This document shows, piece after piece, positions 1 through 10,264 of a stretch of DNA of 64,000 nucleotides (position 1 is the stretch's first letter; each line of letters starts with the position of its first letter). A model generated the notes under the pieces. That model saw only the letters and a list, made by a program, of their open reading frames with translations, was not told where the DNA came from and made no database searches. This DNA is from Bacteroidota bacterium. Its GTDB lineage: Bacteria > Bacteroidota > Bacteroidia > 2-12-FULL-35-15. A program made the position numbers and the translations under genes. Location of the stretch: contig JBAXQU010000005.1 in NCBI GenBank assembly GCA_037131555.1, positions 2,423-66,422 of the forward strand, read 5' to 3'.

Positions 1-567
1 AAAAGCAAACCAAGTGCCGAACGCAAGTGTAGCAATTAATCCCACGCCACTCGCCAAACCATCAACACCATCAATCAAATTGAAAGCATTTACCACCACA
101 ATGTAAGTGAAGATGGATAAGAAAATACTTGCCCAATAAGGCAGGTCGTGAATCCCAAAAATACCATGCATACTGACAATACGTATGTCGGCCATCAAAA
201 CAAGTATCATACTCACCATCATGTGTGCGATGAGTTTTTTTACAGGAGCAGTACCAATAATGTCATCTTTTATTCCAACAAAAAACATGAGCAACAAAGT
301 AGCAACAATGTATTTGTAGTCATCCATTGCTTTCAATTCGATGATGGGGTCGTGAATAAGATTTCGAGGAAACCAAAGCGAAAAGGAGAACAAGGTTCCA
401 GCAAATAAAATCACACCACCGATTGTGGGAATGGCATGTTTGTGAAGCTTTCGCTTTTCAGTTGGGTCGTCAAATAATCGTTTCAAAATAGCAACCTTAA
501 TTAAAGAAGGAGTGGCGAGCAATACCACCATAAACGCTGTAATAAATACTAATACTAAAAATTCCAT
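1..567 (-). CDS. MraY/WecA-family (GT4) polyprenyl-phosphate sugar-1-phosphate transferase; C-terminal part runs off the window start
   Basis: Not in the ORF track because it has no stop inside the window. My reverse translation from the ATG at 567-565 gives MEFLVLVFITAFMVVLLATPSLIKVAILKRLFDDPTEKRKLHKHAIPTIGGVILFAG...NAFNLIDGVDGLASGVGLIATLAFGTWFAF, open in frame to base 1. The NxxNLIDGxDGLA motif and multi-TM character are typical of the family. Confidence 0.8.
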   Translation of the reverse strand, partial: MEFLVLVFITAFMVVLLATPSLIKVAILKRLFDDPTEKRKLHKHAIPTIGGVILFAGTLFSFSLWFPRNLIHDPIIELKAMDDYKYIVATLLLMFFVGIKDDIIGTAPVKKLIAHMMVSMILVLMADIRIVSMHGIFGIHDLPYWASIFLSIFTYIVVVNAFNLIDGVDGLASGVGLIATLAFGTWFAF

Positions 568-579
568 GGGTTAGGGTTA

Positions 580-2301
580 TTAAAAATCGTAATATAAATT
601 TGTAAGAGATGTTCGGACACCAACGTACACCCATTGTGTATTGTTTGTCTTTCTATCTGTTTGATCGGTTCGGTTTGATACACCAAACACAATGTTAAAG
701 TTGGATGACTTATTCAGAAGGTATCCAATATGAATGTCTTCAGTTACTATCGTAGTTTTTAATCCTTGAGTCGTTTGCACATTTTCCATGTTTTGTGAGA
801 TAGGATAAGCATTATCCGATTTGAAAACATTGCTACCGAAATTGAAGTTCAAGCTATCAGCCCCTTTCACAGCATAGTTTCCTTTTAGTTCAACAAAAAA
901 ATTGTTGAAGCGATAGTTGATAAAACCAACAGCTTCGTAGAAATTAGCTCCCAAAGGGTGAGCTAATGATTGGTTGTAGTGGGTATAACTTTGCTCTGGA
1001 TTGGTGCTAGAATAGGAGTAAGGACGTACACTGATGTACTCCAACTGAAGATGCAAGTTTTTAATAGTGAACAAATCGAAATACTTAATTCCTATTTGAT
1101 AACCATACTTATTAACCTTGTCACCTCTATCGTTCTTTATGTTCACATCATCCAACATGCCTTGTCCAAAGATGGAAATGCTATTGGTGAATTTAATTTT
1201 GATGGTAGCACCTAACACGATATTGTTCGTATTGTGCAAGCCGTAATTCAAAGTATTCACACCAATCACAGGATCGAAAGTATTGAAGTTTACATGTTGA
1301 TGGTTGGTTGAATCTGCGGCTTCCCATATCATTCCTTGAAATAATCCGACTTGCAAACGTTTGAAAAAATTCATACTCAATAGTTGAAAGCTACCAACCT
1401 TCTTCTGAAATAATCGCTCAACATGGGCTGGAGTGGTAACTCCACCATCAGTCAGATTCATAAACGAAGTGTACAAATTTGTGTACTGAATATTCTTGTA
1501 GGTAGTTGTTATCCTTGCATACGGGTAGTTAAAGGCATTATCGGATAGAAGTAAAGAACGATAACCATCGCCAATAAAGTTTTTGCCATTGCCAATTTGA
1601 AAGTTGAAATATTTATTGGGTGTATAAGAAACATATCCTGAAGCCATGGCATAGTCATATCCATTCTTCTTAAAAGGTTTCGAGCGTCCTTGCCCAGGAA
1701 TCACCGCATAATTCTCGTTAGTATTAACAGGTTGAGGAAATAATTTGGTGGTGGTAGCAATGTATGAATCAAGGTAACGAGGGAAGGTAGATTGGTTCTC
1801 GTAAAAGGAAGTTTCAAAAGCAAACTTATTTCCAATTCCACCTCTCACCATAAAACCTCTCGTGTTGGTGTATAATTTTTCACCAGTCGTATCGGCACGA
1901 TCTATTCCAAATTGAAAGTTGAAAAGAGGGTCAATATTCAAACGGAATTTATCAGCGGTGTCGTTCACCACCACAAAACTCTCTTCTCTGAATTTTCTGT
2001 AGAGATAAGTTCCTTTTGATTTGTCTTTTGAAGAAAATTTCGATTTGGTGATATAAGGTTTAAAACAAGAAAGGTCAACATCACTTACTGAGTCAGCTTT
2101 AGCGAACTGGTGACTAATGTTTGATTTACCTATAGTGTCATTTGTATTTACAGAAGACGAATGTGATGAATGAATTAAATTTAATTGTCTTTCGTACTCT
2201 AATCCCCATTCTCTATTCATCTGCACATTTTGCTGAGCAAAAATACTTGCAGGAAAAAGGATGAGCATATAAAGTACTTTTTTCATTATTAATTTCCTCA
2301 C
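580..2301 (-). CDS. Secreted outer-membrane beta-barrel protein of unknown function (possibly glycan/capsule-associated, Wzi-like by context only)
   Basis: 573 aa. Signal peptide MKKVLYMLILFPASIFAQ, aromatic/Gly/Asn-rich strand-like composition and C-terminal ...SLTNLYYDF. Located between fcl and the WecA-like gene on the same strand. Confidence 0.5.
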   Translation of the reverse strand: MRKLIMKKVLYMLILFPASIFAQQNVQMNREWGLEYERQLNLIHSSHSSSVNTNDTIGKSNISHQFAKADSVSDVDLSCFKPYITKSKFSSKDKSKGTYLYRKFREESFVVVNDTADKFRLNIDPLFNFQFGIDRADTTGEKLYTNTRGFMVRGGIGNKFAFETSFYENQSTFPRYLDSYIATTTKLFPQPVNTNENYAVIPGQGRSKPFKKNGYDYAMASGYVSYTPNKYFNFQIGNGKNFIGDGYRSLLLSDNAFNYPYARITTTYKNIQYTNLYTSFMNLTDGGVTTPAHVERLFQKKVGSFQLLSMNFFKRLQVGLFQGMIWEAADSTNHQHVNFNTFDPVIGVNTLNYGLHNTNNIVLGATIKIKFTNSISIFGQGMLDDVNIKNDRGDKVNKYGYQIGIKYFDLFTIKNLHLQLEYISVRPYSYSSTNPEQSYTHYNQSLAHPLGANFYEAVGFINYRFNNFFVELKGNYAVKGADSLNFNFGSNVFKSDNAYPISQNMENVQTTQGLKTTIVTEDIHIGYLLNKSSNFNIVFGVSNRTDQTDRKTNNTQWVYVGVRTSLTNLYYDF

Positions 2302-2340
2302 ATTCTTTCACTCTTACTAAGAGTGTTGATTCATTAAATT

Positions 2341-3273
2341 TTAAGATTTAAGAATATTCTTCACTTCGTTGTAAACTGAAGTAATGCCTTCTTCTAAACT
2401 AATTTTATGTTTCCATCCAAAAGAATGAAGTTTGCTTACATCCATTAGTTTGCGGGGAGTTCCATCTGGTTTAGTTGTGTCAAATTTTAATTCACCTGTA
2501 TAACCAACAATCTTTTTTACGAGTAAAGCCAAGTCTTTAATGGTGATGTCTTCGCCAACTCCAATATTAACGAGTCCTAGTTCGTTGTAGTTTTGCATCA
2601 AATAAAAACAGGCGTCAGCCAAATCATTTGCATGAAGGAATTCACGCATTGGAGTACCTGTTCCCCAAATTTCTACAGCTGGTAAATTGTTCATCTTTGC
2701 AGTATGGAATTTTCTAATCAAAGCGGGCAATACATGCGAATTGTTTAAATCATAATTATCATTCTGTCCATAAAGATTGGTTGGCATCACAGATATGAAA
2801 TTGCATCCATACTGGCTTCGATAAGCGTCACACATTTTTATTCCTGCGATCTTTGCAATAGCATAAGGTTCGTTGGTGTCTTCCAAAAGTCCAGTTAATA
2901 GGTACTCTTCTCTCAACGGTTGAGGTGCTAATTTTGGATAGATGCACGAAGACCCCAGAAACATTAATTTCTTCACAGCGTTTTTGTACGAGAAATGAAT
3001 AACATTGGATTGAATCATTGTATTCTCGTAAATAAAATCAGCCCGAAAGGTGTTGTTTGCCACAATTCCGCCAACTTTTGCAGCTGCAAGAAAAACATAT
3101 TCAGGTTTCTCATTTGCAAAAAAATCAGCAACTGCTTGCTGATTTCTTAAATCCAACTCTTTTGAAGTTCGAGTAACAATATTTGTGAAACCTTCTTTCT
3201 CTAACTTTCTATGTATGGCCGAACCAACCATTCCACGATGTCCAGCAATGTAAATTTTAGAATCCTTGTTCAT
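2341..3273 (-). CDS. fcl: GDP-L-fucose synthase (GDP-4-keto-6-deoxy-D-mannose epimerase/reductase)
   Basis: 310 aa. N-terminal [15 protein letters not shown] Rossmann motif, a YAIAK catalytic-type motif and SDR-extended layout. Its start (3273) directly abuts the gmd stop (3274). Confidence 0.9.
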   Translation of the reverse strand: MNKDSKIYIAGHRGMVGSAIHRKLEKEGFTNIVTRTSKELDLRNQQAVADFFANEKPEYVFLAAAKVGGIVANNTFRADFIYENTMIQSNVIHFSYKNAVKKLMFLGSSCIYPKLAPQPLREEYLLTGLLEDTNEPYAIAKIAGIKMCDAYRSQYGCNFISVMPTNLYGQNDNYDLNNSHVLPALIRKFHTAKMNNLPAVEIWGTGTPMREFLHANDLADACFYLMQNYNELGLVNIGVGEDITIKDLALLVKKIVGYTGELKFDTTKPDGTPRKLMDVSKLHSFGWKHKISLEEGITSVYNEVKNILKS

Positions 3274-4362
3274 CTACTCGTGAAAATTCATTATTTTATG
3301 TCCACCTTCAAGTAAGTACTTATCTTTCTTGAATAATTTTATATCACTATCAACCATCTCACTTACTAATTGCTCAAGGGTATGCTTTGGTTCCCATCCA
3401 AGTTTTTTCTTCGCTTTTGATGCATCACCGATTAATAGCTCCACTTCTGTTGGTCTGAAATATTCAGGGTCAACTTCTACAACCACCTTGCCTGTTGCAG
3501 TATTAATTCCCTTCTCATGCTCGTTTTTGCCTTCCCATTTTAGTTTGATGCCTACTTCATCGAACGCTAGTTCAACAAACTTGCGAACCGTAATTTTTTT
3601 GCCAGTAGCTAATACGAAATCGTCTGGTTCATCCTGTTGCATCATCATCCACATTCCTTCTACATAATCTTTTGCGTGTCCCCAATCGCGCTCAGCATCA
3701 AGGTTTCCAAGGTATAGCTTTTCTTGTAACTCTAAGTGAATTTTTGCAACAGCTCGTGTTATTTTCCTTGTTACAAATGTTTCTCCTCGTATCGGACTTT
3801 CGTGATTAAACAAAATACCATTGCAAGCAAAGATATTGTAAGCTTCACGGTAGTTCTTAGTAATCCAGAAACCATAAACTTTTGCAACTCCATAGGGTGA
3901 ACGAGGGTAAAAAGGAGTTGTTTCTTTCTGAGGAATCTCTTGCACATATCCATACATTTCGGAAGTTGAAGCTTGATAAAAACGAGTTTTCTTCTCCATC
4001 TTCAATATGCGAATTGCTTCCAAAATACGCAATGTTCCAATTGCATCTGCATTAGCTGTGTACTCTGGAGTTTCAAAAGATACTTTCACATGTGATTGTG
4101 CAGCCAAATTATATATTTCGTCAGGTTGTACTTCTTGAATGATGCGGATTAAGCTAGTTGAATCTGTCAAGTCACCATAATGAAGAAAGAAGTTTACTTT
4201 TTTCTCATGTTGGTCTTTATATAAATGATCAATACGTCCTGTATTAAACATTGAGCTTCTACGCTTGATTCCATGTACAATATAACCTTTGCCTAGCAAC
4301 AATTCGGCTAAATAAGCGCCATCCTGACCTGTTACTCCTGTAATTAATGCTATTTTACTCAT
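3274..4362 (-). CDS. gmd: GDP-mannose 4,6-dehydratase
   Basis: 362 aa. [42 protein letters not shown] and ASTSEMYG motifs are characteristic of Gmd. Confidence 0.95.
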   Translation of the reverse strand: MSKIALITGVTGQDGAYLAELLLGKGYIVHGIKRRSSMFNTGRIDHLYKDQHEKKVNFFLHYGDLTDSTSLIRIIQEVQPDEIYNLAAQSHVKVSFETPEYTANADAIGTLRILEAIRILKMEKKTRFYQASTSEMYGYVQEIPQKETTPFYPRSPYGVAKVYGFWITKNYREAYNIFACNGILFNHESPIRGETFVTRKITRAVAKIHLELQEKLYLGNLDAERDWGHAKDYVEGMWMMMQQDEPDDFVLATGKKITVRKFVELAFDEVGIKLKWEGKNEHEKGINTATGKVVVEVDPEYFRPTEVELLIGDASKAKKKLGWEPKHTLEQLVSEMVDSDIKLFKKDKYLLEGGHKIMNFHE

Positions 4363-4513
4363 TTTTTATTTTTAAAAATTGTCTGCAATTATACGAAAAA
4401 TAACCTTACCCGTAACTTTTTGTTCTAAGTCTATCAGTAGACGCTTACCTCGGTACTTTCAGCTTAAAGCAAACAACTAGTTAAAAAAAACATTGCCATT
4501 TGAGAATTAACTA

Positions 4514-4521
4514 TAAATTTG
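4514..4521 (+). promoter_or_regulatory. Candidate Bacteroidota sigma-A -7 box (TAAATTTG = TAnnTTTG) upstream of gcvH
   Basis: Exact match to the TAnnTTTG consensus, 33 nt upstream of the ATG at 4554. I found no well-spaced -33 element. Confidence 0.35.
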
Positions 4522-4553
4522 CAAAATATTAAAAATAAAAATTATAGATTATT

Positions 4554-4934
4554 ATGAATTTCCCAGAGAATTTGAAGTACACAAAAGACCACGAATGGAT
4601 ACGTGTTGAAGGTAATGTTGCATTTGTTGGAATTACAGATTTTGCACAGAGTGAATTAGGTGATATTGTTTATGTAGATATCACAACTCTAGGTGAAGAA
4701 ATTGCACATGAACAGATTTTTGGTACAGTGGAAGCAGTTAAAACTGTTTCTGATTTGTTTATGCCAGTTTCAGGGGTTATTAAAGAAGTTAACAAAGGTT
4801 TGGACACAACACCAGATGCGGTGAATAATGATCCTTACGGAAATGGCTGGATGATTAGAGTTGAAATGACAGACGCTTCACAAGTAAATTCATTGTTATC
4901 AGCTAATGACTACAAAGCTTTAATAGGACATTAA
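4554..4934 (+). CDS. gcvH: Glycine cleavage system protein H
   Basis: 126 aa. [31 protein letters not shown] and the lipoyl-lysine context VEAVKTVSD. Confidence 0.95.
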   Translation: MNFPENLKYTKDHEWIRVEGNVAFVGITDFAQSELGDIVYVDITTLGEEIAHEQIFGTVEAVKTVSDLFMPVSGVIKEVNKGLDTTPDAVNNDPYGNGWMIRVEMTDASQVNSLLSANDYKALIGH

Positions 4935-5014
4935 TTAATGAGTTTTAAGAACGAGTGTTTTACTGTTTTTAGTTAAGTAAAAGCCTAACCTTCTTAATAA
5001 TTCACCAACCAACT

Positions 5015-5410
5015 ATGTTTTTTAAATATACCAAATGGTCCATAGTTTGGGCTTTGGTTATTCTTGTTTTATGCGGAATGCCTGGAAGGGGCATTCCGCA
5101 TATTTCTTTTCTGGAACTCCTAAGTTTCGATAAATTTGTTCATGCGGGGATATTTTTTGTTCTTCTTTTACTTACGGTACGTGGATTTTCACTACAGACG
5201 CTTTTCTCTTCTCTTCAACTTTATGCAAAGTCCTTTTCTGTTATCACTTGTATCATTTACGGAGGACTCTTAGAAATCATGCAAGGAACAATTTTTATTG
5301 AACGCTCGGCAGATGTGTTCGATTTTATTGCGAATAGTGTGGGCTGCCTTATTGCTTTGGCTGTTTACGATAAGCTGGAGAAAAAGATTCTAATTCATCT
5401 TATAAAATAA
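5015..5410 (+). CDS. VanZ-like family membrane protein
   Basis: 131 aa with four predicted TM helices. DKFVHAGIFFVL and the size and layout resemble VanZ-like proteins. Confidence 0.5.
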   Translation: MFFKYTKWSIVWALVILVLCGMPGRGIPHISFLELLSFDKFVHAGIFFVLLLLTVRGFSLQTLFSSLQLYAKSFSVITCIIYGGLLEIMQGTIFIERSADVFDFIANSVGCLIALAVYDKLEKKILIHLIK

Positions 5411-5444
5411 AACTCACTGATTAGTCACTAAACCGAAATGTCAA

Positions 5445-6461
5445 TTACATATATATAGGGCAAACACGTTTTTTTGCAACAAAAGGTATTACCTTTTTGA
5501 AAATGTAGATTACTGAAATCTCGAAACCTCCTCTATGATTTGTTGCTGCATATAGCTTAGATGTATTGATGTCATAACTCATTCCAACATTAAAGTTCCT
5601 ATAATCCATTGTAGCTGCAATAATGAAAGCATCCTTTAATCGGTAAAACGCACCCAACGAAATAGCAGAGGTCATACCGTCAACAGGAGTAAGTATATAT
5701 TTAGCAAAACTTCCAACCATTGTTTCATTGTACTTTCCTTGATGCTGATAAATGAAGGAGGGCACTAAATCCAATTGTTCGGATACAGGAAACTCACTCA
5801 TTCCACTAAAAGCCGTTTTTATATCTAAGCGATCAGTTCCATCGCTAAAAAATTTCTGTTTGGGGCGAGTCAAGTGTTGAAGAGAGATACCCACATTAAC
5901 CATTTTTCTGTTGTTCATTTTGTATAAATATGCAATGCCTCCGCCAATGTCAAGATATGTGATTCGATAAGATGAAAAATTTTCACCACTTGCTAGGGCT
6001 GGATTATAAGCATCACCATCATATTGGTTGTCGAACGAAAGATTTGAAGGGTTAAAACTTTTAGTTGTCATTCCTGGTTGTATGCCTAATGAAATAAAAT
6101 GAGTAGAATCCTTATTTAATTTTTTGATATAATCAATTGGTAGCAAAACGTTGGTAGTGGTCAGTTTCGAATCTCCCGATTTGTCCGTATTTATTAATAG
6201 ACCAACTGCTGGGATACCTTGCAGAATTTCGTTCTTCCAACGAGTGTCTGTGGATAATGAAAATGTTCGGTATGGAACTGGCACACTTGACCATTGATTT
6301 CTCATATTTCCGACAAAGCGCCAATCTCCATTAAATAAACCTGTTTGAGCAGGATTAAGATTTAGAGGAGAATTGTTAAATTGAGAAAAATGAATATCCT
6401 GAGCAAATGAAAGCGACATCACCCCTTTTAATATAAAAAATATTCGAATAGCTTTATTCAT
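5445..6461 (-). CDS. PorP/SprF-family type IX secretion system membrane protein
   Basis: 338 aa. Hallmark N-terminus AQDIHFSQFNNSPLNLNPAQTGLFNGDWRF..NMRNQWSSV. Lies immediately downstream of a type-B CTD cargo gene. Confidence 0.9.
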   Translation of the reverse strand: MNKAIRIFFILKGVMSLSFAQDIHFSQFNNSPLNLNPAQTGLFNGDWRFVGNMRNQWSSVPVPYRTFSLSTDTRWKNEILQGIPAVGLLINTDKSGDSKLTTTNVLLPIDYIKKLNKDSTHFISLGIQPGMTTKSFNPSNLSFDNQYDGDAYNPALASGENFSSYRITYLDIGGGIAYLYKMNNRKMVNVGISLQHLTRPKQKFFSDGTDRLDIKTAFSGMSEFPVSEQLDLVPSFIYQHQGKYNETMVGSFAKYILTPVDGMTSAISLGAFYRLKDAFIIAATMDYRNFNVGMSYDINTSKLYAATNHRGGFEISVIYIFKKVIPFVAKKRVCPIYM

Positions 6462-6477
6462 TTTTCTTGATCTCGAA

Positions 6478-9400
6478 TCATCTTATCAAGGTAACATTAC
6501 CTTTCTTTTTTAATTCCTCACCATTGTAGCATGTAGCCTTTATATACCAAGCAAAAACATCAGGGCTAGCAGGTTCTCCTTTTATGATACCATCCCAACC
6601 AATTTTAATATCAGTTGTTTCAAATATCAACTCTCCCCATCTATCGTATACAGCAAAATAAACGGAAGATAAACTATTACTTCTGACATACAAAACATCA
6701 TTTGTCCCATCTCCATTTGGTGTAAATGTATTCGGAACAAAGACATCATCAAGGTTACATTTCATAGAGACTACATATACAGTAATTACGGCTGTCTTAG
6801 GGCAACCAGAGGAATCGGAAATGGTAACAGTATATGTTGTTGTTACGGTTGGTGAAGCTATCGGGTTAAAGGAAGCGGTTGAATTTAATCCCAGAGCTGG
6901 GCTCCAAATAACACTTAAGGTAGTATCGGTGAGCGCATGAAGAATCGTTGATTGACCGTTACTTATTGTATCTTTATCACTAGTGGCTACTAAAGGGAAA
7001 GTAGCAGGTGTATAAACTGAAACCATTGTAGTTAATTGTTGTGTGCAGGTATCATTTTGAGGATTAACAAAAGTTATTGAAACTGTGTAAGTAGTTGTGG
7101 TTGCAGGACTCGCAGTTGGGTTCGCAATTGAAGGGGAACTCAAGTTAATGGCTGGTGCCCAAGAATAACTAATGCCTCCAGAAGCTAATAATTCAGTGCT
7201 GTTTCCAGTACAAACACTAGTAGGTGCATTTACTGAGATACCTGACAAATTATCGAATTGAATAATAGTGGTGTCTTTACATCCATGAATATTTGCTGAA
7301 ATGAGACTTATGTTATAATTACCAGTGTTTGCATAAACATGAATTGGGTTCTGAACATTAGACAACTGACCATCACCAAAATTCCATTGCCAATTAACAG
7401 GAGCGGTATGTGATGAATCATACAGTTGAAGTATATTTGTGCAAGGAGTATTTATAAAATCAAAATTACTAGTTATGCTTTCATAAACAACAATATTGTG
7501 AATAGCAGTATCTGCCATAACACAAGTGCCATTATTCACCACTAAGGAAACTGAATATGTTCCTGGAATTGAGAATACGTGCGTTGGGTTGAATATTATA
7601 GAAGTGGTGTCGCCATTACCAAAGTTCCATAGATAATTTCCCCAAGAAGTACTTTGATTATGGAAAGTGATACTGTAAGGGGCGCATCCGTTTAAGCTAT
7701 CAACTGTGAATTGTGCGGCAACTGGAGGTACCTGAAAATCAAATTTAAATGTTCCATTGTTGCAATTACTCGAAAAATTAATTCCTGTAGTGGTTGAATA
7801 ATTTGGAGATGTATATGGCCAACATCCAGGTTTTACCGGGAAGTCGTCATTCCCCCCACATCCAGCACATACCGATTGATAAACAATTCCTTTTTTATCA
7901 AAACGACTGGTTCCTCCATCCACGTGCTCTCTGCTAAGTGGTCCTCCAAAATAAGTTGCATATACCAGTGAAGTGGCATTTGGAGAAAGTACAAATAAAT
8001 AAAAATTAAATCCATCCGTTGAGGGTTGAATTGCATTTGAGGTGAGAGGCATTCCGTTGGTTGCAATTCCCGTTATTATATTTCCTCCCCATCCACTTAC
8101 GTAAATGTTCCCACAGTCGTCAACAAGAAATGCTGCCGGTGAGATATTAGGCATTCCATTGCCGTTTCCGAATACAGTTGAAAAAGACAATGTGTTTAAG
8201 GTCTTATTCATTTTTGTAATGAACTGTCCACTTCCAGAATTGTGATATACACCTGCACTTATTGGCATAGAGCCTTCTGTTTGCCCTACCACATATACAT
8301 TTGAACCTTGATCCAATTGTACAAAATAGGTTTGGTCATAGCTGCTAGTTCCCCAGTAAGTAGCACAGAGAATAGCTGTTCCGTCTTTTTTGATTTTCGC
8401 AACATATCCATCCGCTTTTCCCCCTGAATAATTAGGTTTAAGAACACCTGAAGTGGTTGGGAAATCTGTGCTACGTGTGCCACCAGTTACATACACATTT
8501 AGCGAATCATCTAAAGCTAAAGCATAACCAGCATCATTATCGCTTCCTCCAAGATAGGAACTCCAAATAAGTTGTGAGAAATTGGAATTCAATTTGAAAA
8601 TTACAGCATCTTGTTTACCGCCCAATGTGTTATCAAATCCATTTACAATAGGGAAATCATTTGAGCGAGTAGAACTTGAAACATAGGCATTACCCATAGA
8701 GTCGACATTGATTTCTCCTCTATATTGATCACCGTAATTGTATTGCAAAGAGTCTAATGGATATTCCCAAGTATTAGCCCCAATTAGAACAGTATCATTA
8801 TTTGTATTTACGCCATCATTACCATTTCCTCCTAAATAAGTTGAGGCTAGAATAGTTGTACCTAAAGGATTGAACTTTGCGACATAAATATCGGTACCTC
8901 CACCAAAAGTGGTTCCATTAAAATAAAAACTTAAATAAGTACCTCCGTTAAAAGTAGTGTCAAAAGCATTAGATGTGGTTGGAAAATCAGATGAGCCAGT
9001 AGCACCATAAATTAATAGATTATCTTGCCTATCTACAATCAAACTTGTAACAATCTCCGTACTTGTGGTTCCTCCCAAATAAGTTGAATATTTTAAAAAA
9101 GTTCCAGATGAATCATATTTTGTAATAACTACATCTGTTCGGCCTGGCTGAACATTCCCATTGTATGAAGTGTCGTAAGCACCTAGTGTTGTGGGGAATC
9201 CCTGATTGAAACAAGTACCACCAGAATATAAATTACCTTGAGCATCAAAGGTAGCAGTCATTCCGAAATTGTCGGCTAACGAACCCGAAGAACAAGCAAA
9301 TACCAATATAGGGTCAATAATCAACTCAAAATTCTTATTATACCCATTTGGAAACTTGAATTGAACCACCTTATCTTGGAGCACAAAATCGCAAAGCACT

Positions 9401-10062
9401 TCGACTTTTTTCCCATCAATAATTTGGTAAGCTATTGGCGCTTGTTCTTGCATTTCATTTACTGAAGTGGTGAGTGTTAAGGCTCCTTTGTTCAGTTGAA
9501 TCCTTTCAAGTCCTTCGTATAATAATTTGATTTCATCCGTATTTGCATGCGGAGCAACAATGAAATTATATTTTACACTATTCTCCATACCTAGCACTTG
9601 CATATCAATTCCTTGATACAAACCTTTATAAAAGACTTCTCTGAAATTTTTTACTCCTCCTGACCAATGGCTTTTATTATTCCCAATAAAGAAATTGCAG
9701 TAATCAGAAGTAGCCTTCCCGGTCGAAATTTTTGGTGCATTTTTAGCATTTTGAAAACTCATACGAAAGGCATGCGAACGTATCGTTGAACGTCCTAAAA
9801 TTGACTTTTCTGTTCGTTTTCCAATATGATTATTACGCAAAGTTTCTTTATCGTAAAAATTATATGTAAAACAATTGTTTTGCAAGAAAAGTACCCCGCC
9901 ATCCAATTGTGCGCGGAATCTTATTCTTTTGTCCCATTGTGTTTTGTTTTCTGTGAATTTCACACTTGTTTCCAAAACAGGAGTTTTAACATGTTGAGAC
10001 ATCCCTTCATTGACGAAAGAGAAATAATAAATAATGAAAATATATTTACAATACCATTTCAA
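6478..10062 (-). CDS. Large T9SS type-B (gliding-motility/CHU_C) C-terminal-domain cargo protein with beta-propeller-like and PKD-like repeats
   Basis: 1194 aa. The C-terminus VFVPNTFTPNGDGTNDVLYV...YDRWGELIFE...GWDG...GNVTLIR is the type-B sorting domain. PKD-like WNFGNGD/WNFGDGQ modules are present. The N-terminal two thirds are rich in repeated ..YLGG..D.G...D..GN.YV.G.T.S.DFP.. units (SBBP-like). Confidence 0.85.
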   Translation of the reverse strand: MKWYCKYIFIIYYFSFVNEGMSQHVKTPVLETSVKFTENKTQWDKRIRFRAQLDGGVLFLQNNCFTYNFYDKETLRNNHIGKRTEKSILGRSTIRSHAFRMSFQNAKNAPKISTGKATSDYCNFFIGNNKSHWSGGVKNFREVFYKGLYQGIDMQVLGMENSVKYNFIVAPHANTDEIKLLYEGLERIQLNKGALTLTTSVNEMQEQAPIAYQIIDGKKVEVLCDFVLQDKVVQFKFPNGYNKNFELIIDPILVFACSSGSLADNFGMTATFDAQGNLYSGGTCFNQGFPTTLGAYDTSYNGNVQPGRTDVVITKYDSSGTFLKYSTYLGGTTSTEIVTSLIVDRQDNLLIYGATGSSDFPTTSNAFDTTFNGGTYLSFYFNGTTFGGGTDIYVAKFNPLGTTILASTYLGGNGNDGVNTNNDTVLIGANTWEYPLDSLQYNYGDQYRGEINVDSMGNAYVSSSTRSNDFPIVNGFDNTLGGKQDAVIFKLNSNFSQLIWSSYLGGSDNDAGYALALDDSLNVYVTGGTRSTDFPTTSGVLKPNYSGGKADGYVAKIKKDGTAILCATYWGTSSYDQTYFVQLDQGSNVYVVGQTEGSMPISAGVYHNSGSGQFITKMNKTLNTLSFSTVFGNGNGMPNISPAAFLVDDCGNIYVSGWGGNIITGIATNGMPLTSNAIQPSTDGFNFYLFVLSPNATSLVYATYFGGPLSREHVDGGTSRFDKKGIVYQSVCAGCGGNDDFPVKPGCWPYTSPNYSTTTGINFSSNCNNGTFKFDFQVPPVAAQFTVDSLNGCAPYSITFHNQSTSWGNYLWNFGNGDTTSIIFNPTHVFSIPGTYSVSLVVNNGTCVMADTAIHNIVVYESITSNFDFINTPCTNILQLYDSSHTAPVNWQWNFGDGQLSNVQNPIHVYANTGNYNISLISANIHGCKDTTIIQFDNLSGISVNAPTSVCTGNSTELLASGGISYSWAPAINLSSPSIANPTASPATTTTYTVSITFVNPQNDTCTQQLTTMVSVYTPATFPLVATSDKDTISNGQSTILHALTDTTLSVIWSPALGLNSTASFNPIASPTVTTTYTVTISDSSGCPKTAVITVYVVSMKCNLDDVFVPNTFTPNGDGTNDVLYVRSNSLSSVYFAVYDRWGELIFETTDIKIGWDGIIKGEPASPDVFAWYIKATCYNGEELKKKGNVTLIR

Positions 10063-10100
10063 AACGTATAAATCAAAATCTAGGGTTTCAATTAAACATC

Positions 10101-10108
10101 CAAAATTA
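10101..10108 (-). promoter_or_regulatory. Candidate -7 box (TAATTTTG on minus strand) upstream of the type-B cargo gene
   Basis: Plus strand caaaatta, whose reverse complement is TAATTTTG. It lies 38 nt upstream of the ATG at 10062. Confidence 0.3.
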
Positions 10109-10264
10109 CCTCATTAATTTCAAAAATGCAAGAAAGAAATTTAGACAATTTTATATTTTGGAAATTGAGGTAAATGAAAAATGTAATGGTAAAATTATTG
10201 TCAGATGAAAAAGAATTGATTAATATTGCGATTCGAAACCAAACATTAACCCTTAAATTTTGTT

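Noticed and set aside
148-408. Track ORF 148..408 (+) as the gene occupying the first 570 bp
   Set aside because: The opposite strand is open from 567 to base 1 and encodes an unmistakable MraY/WecA-family sequence. The plus ORF is its shadow frame, with His/Asn-rich odd composition.
970-1215. Nested or antisense ORFs inside long genes: 970..1215, 3329..3667, 3771..3953, 6133..6324, 7833..8066, 8286..8483, 9826..10071, 11753..11941, 13188..13400, 15369..16030, 17459..17674, 22941..24194, 24610..24804, 26664..26999, 27616..28817, 29446..29673, 32406..33214, 34323..34625, 37588..38985, 39030..39248, 40048..41035, 41816..42110, 44107..44717, 46067..46516, 46881..47180, 48288..49083, 49271..49637, 50243..50476, 51236..52252, 52323..52723, 54886..55210, 57656..58411, 59890..60732, 63156..63389
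   Set aside because: Each lies within or largely overlaps a longer ORF that has clear family motifs. They have biased or low-complexity composition typical of shadow frames in AT-rich DNA, and none shows a recognisable motif.
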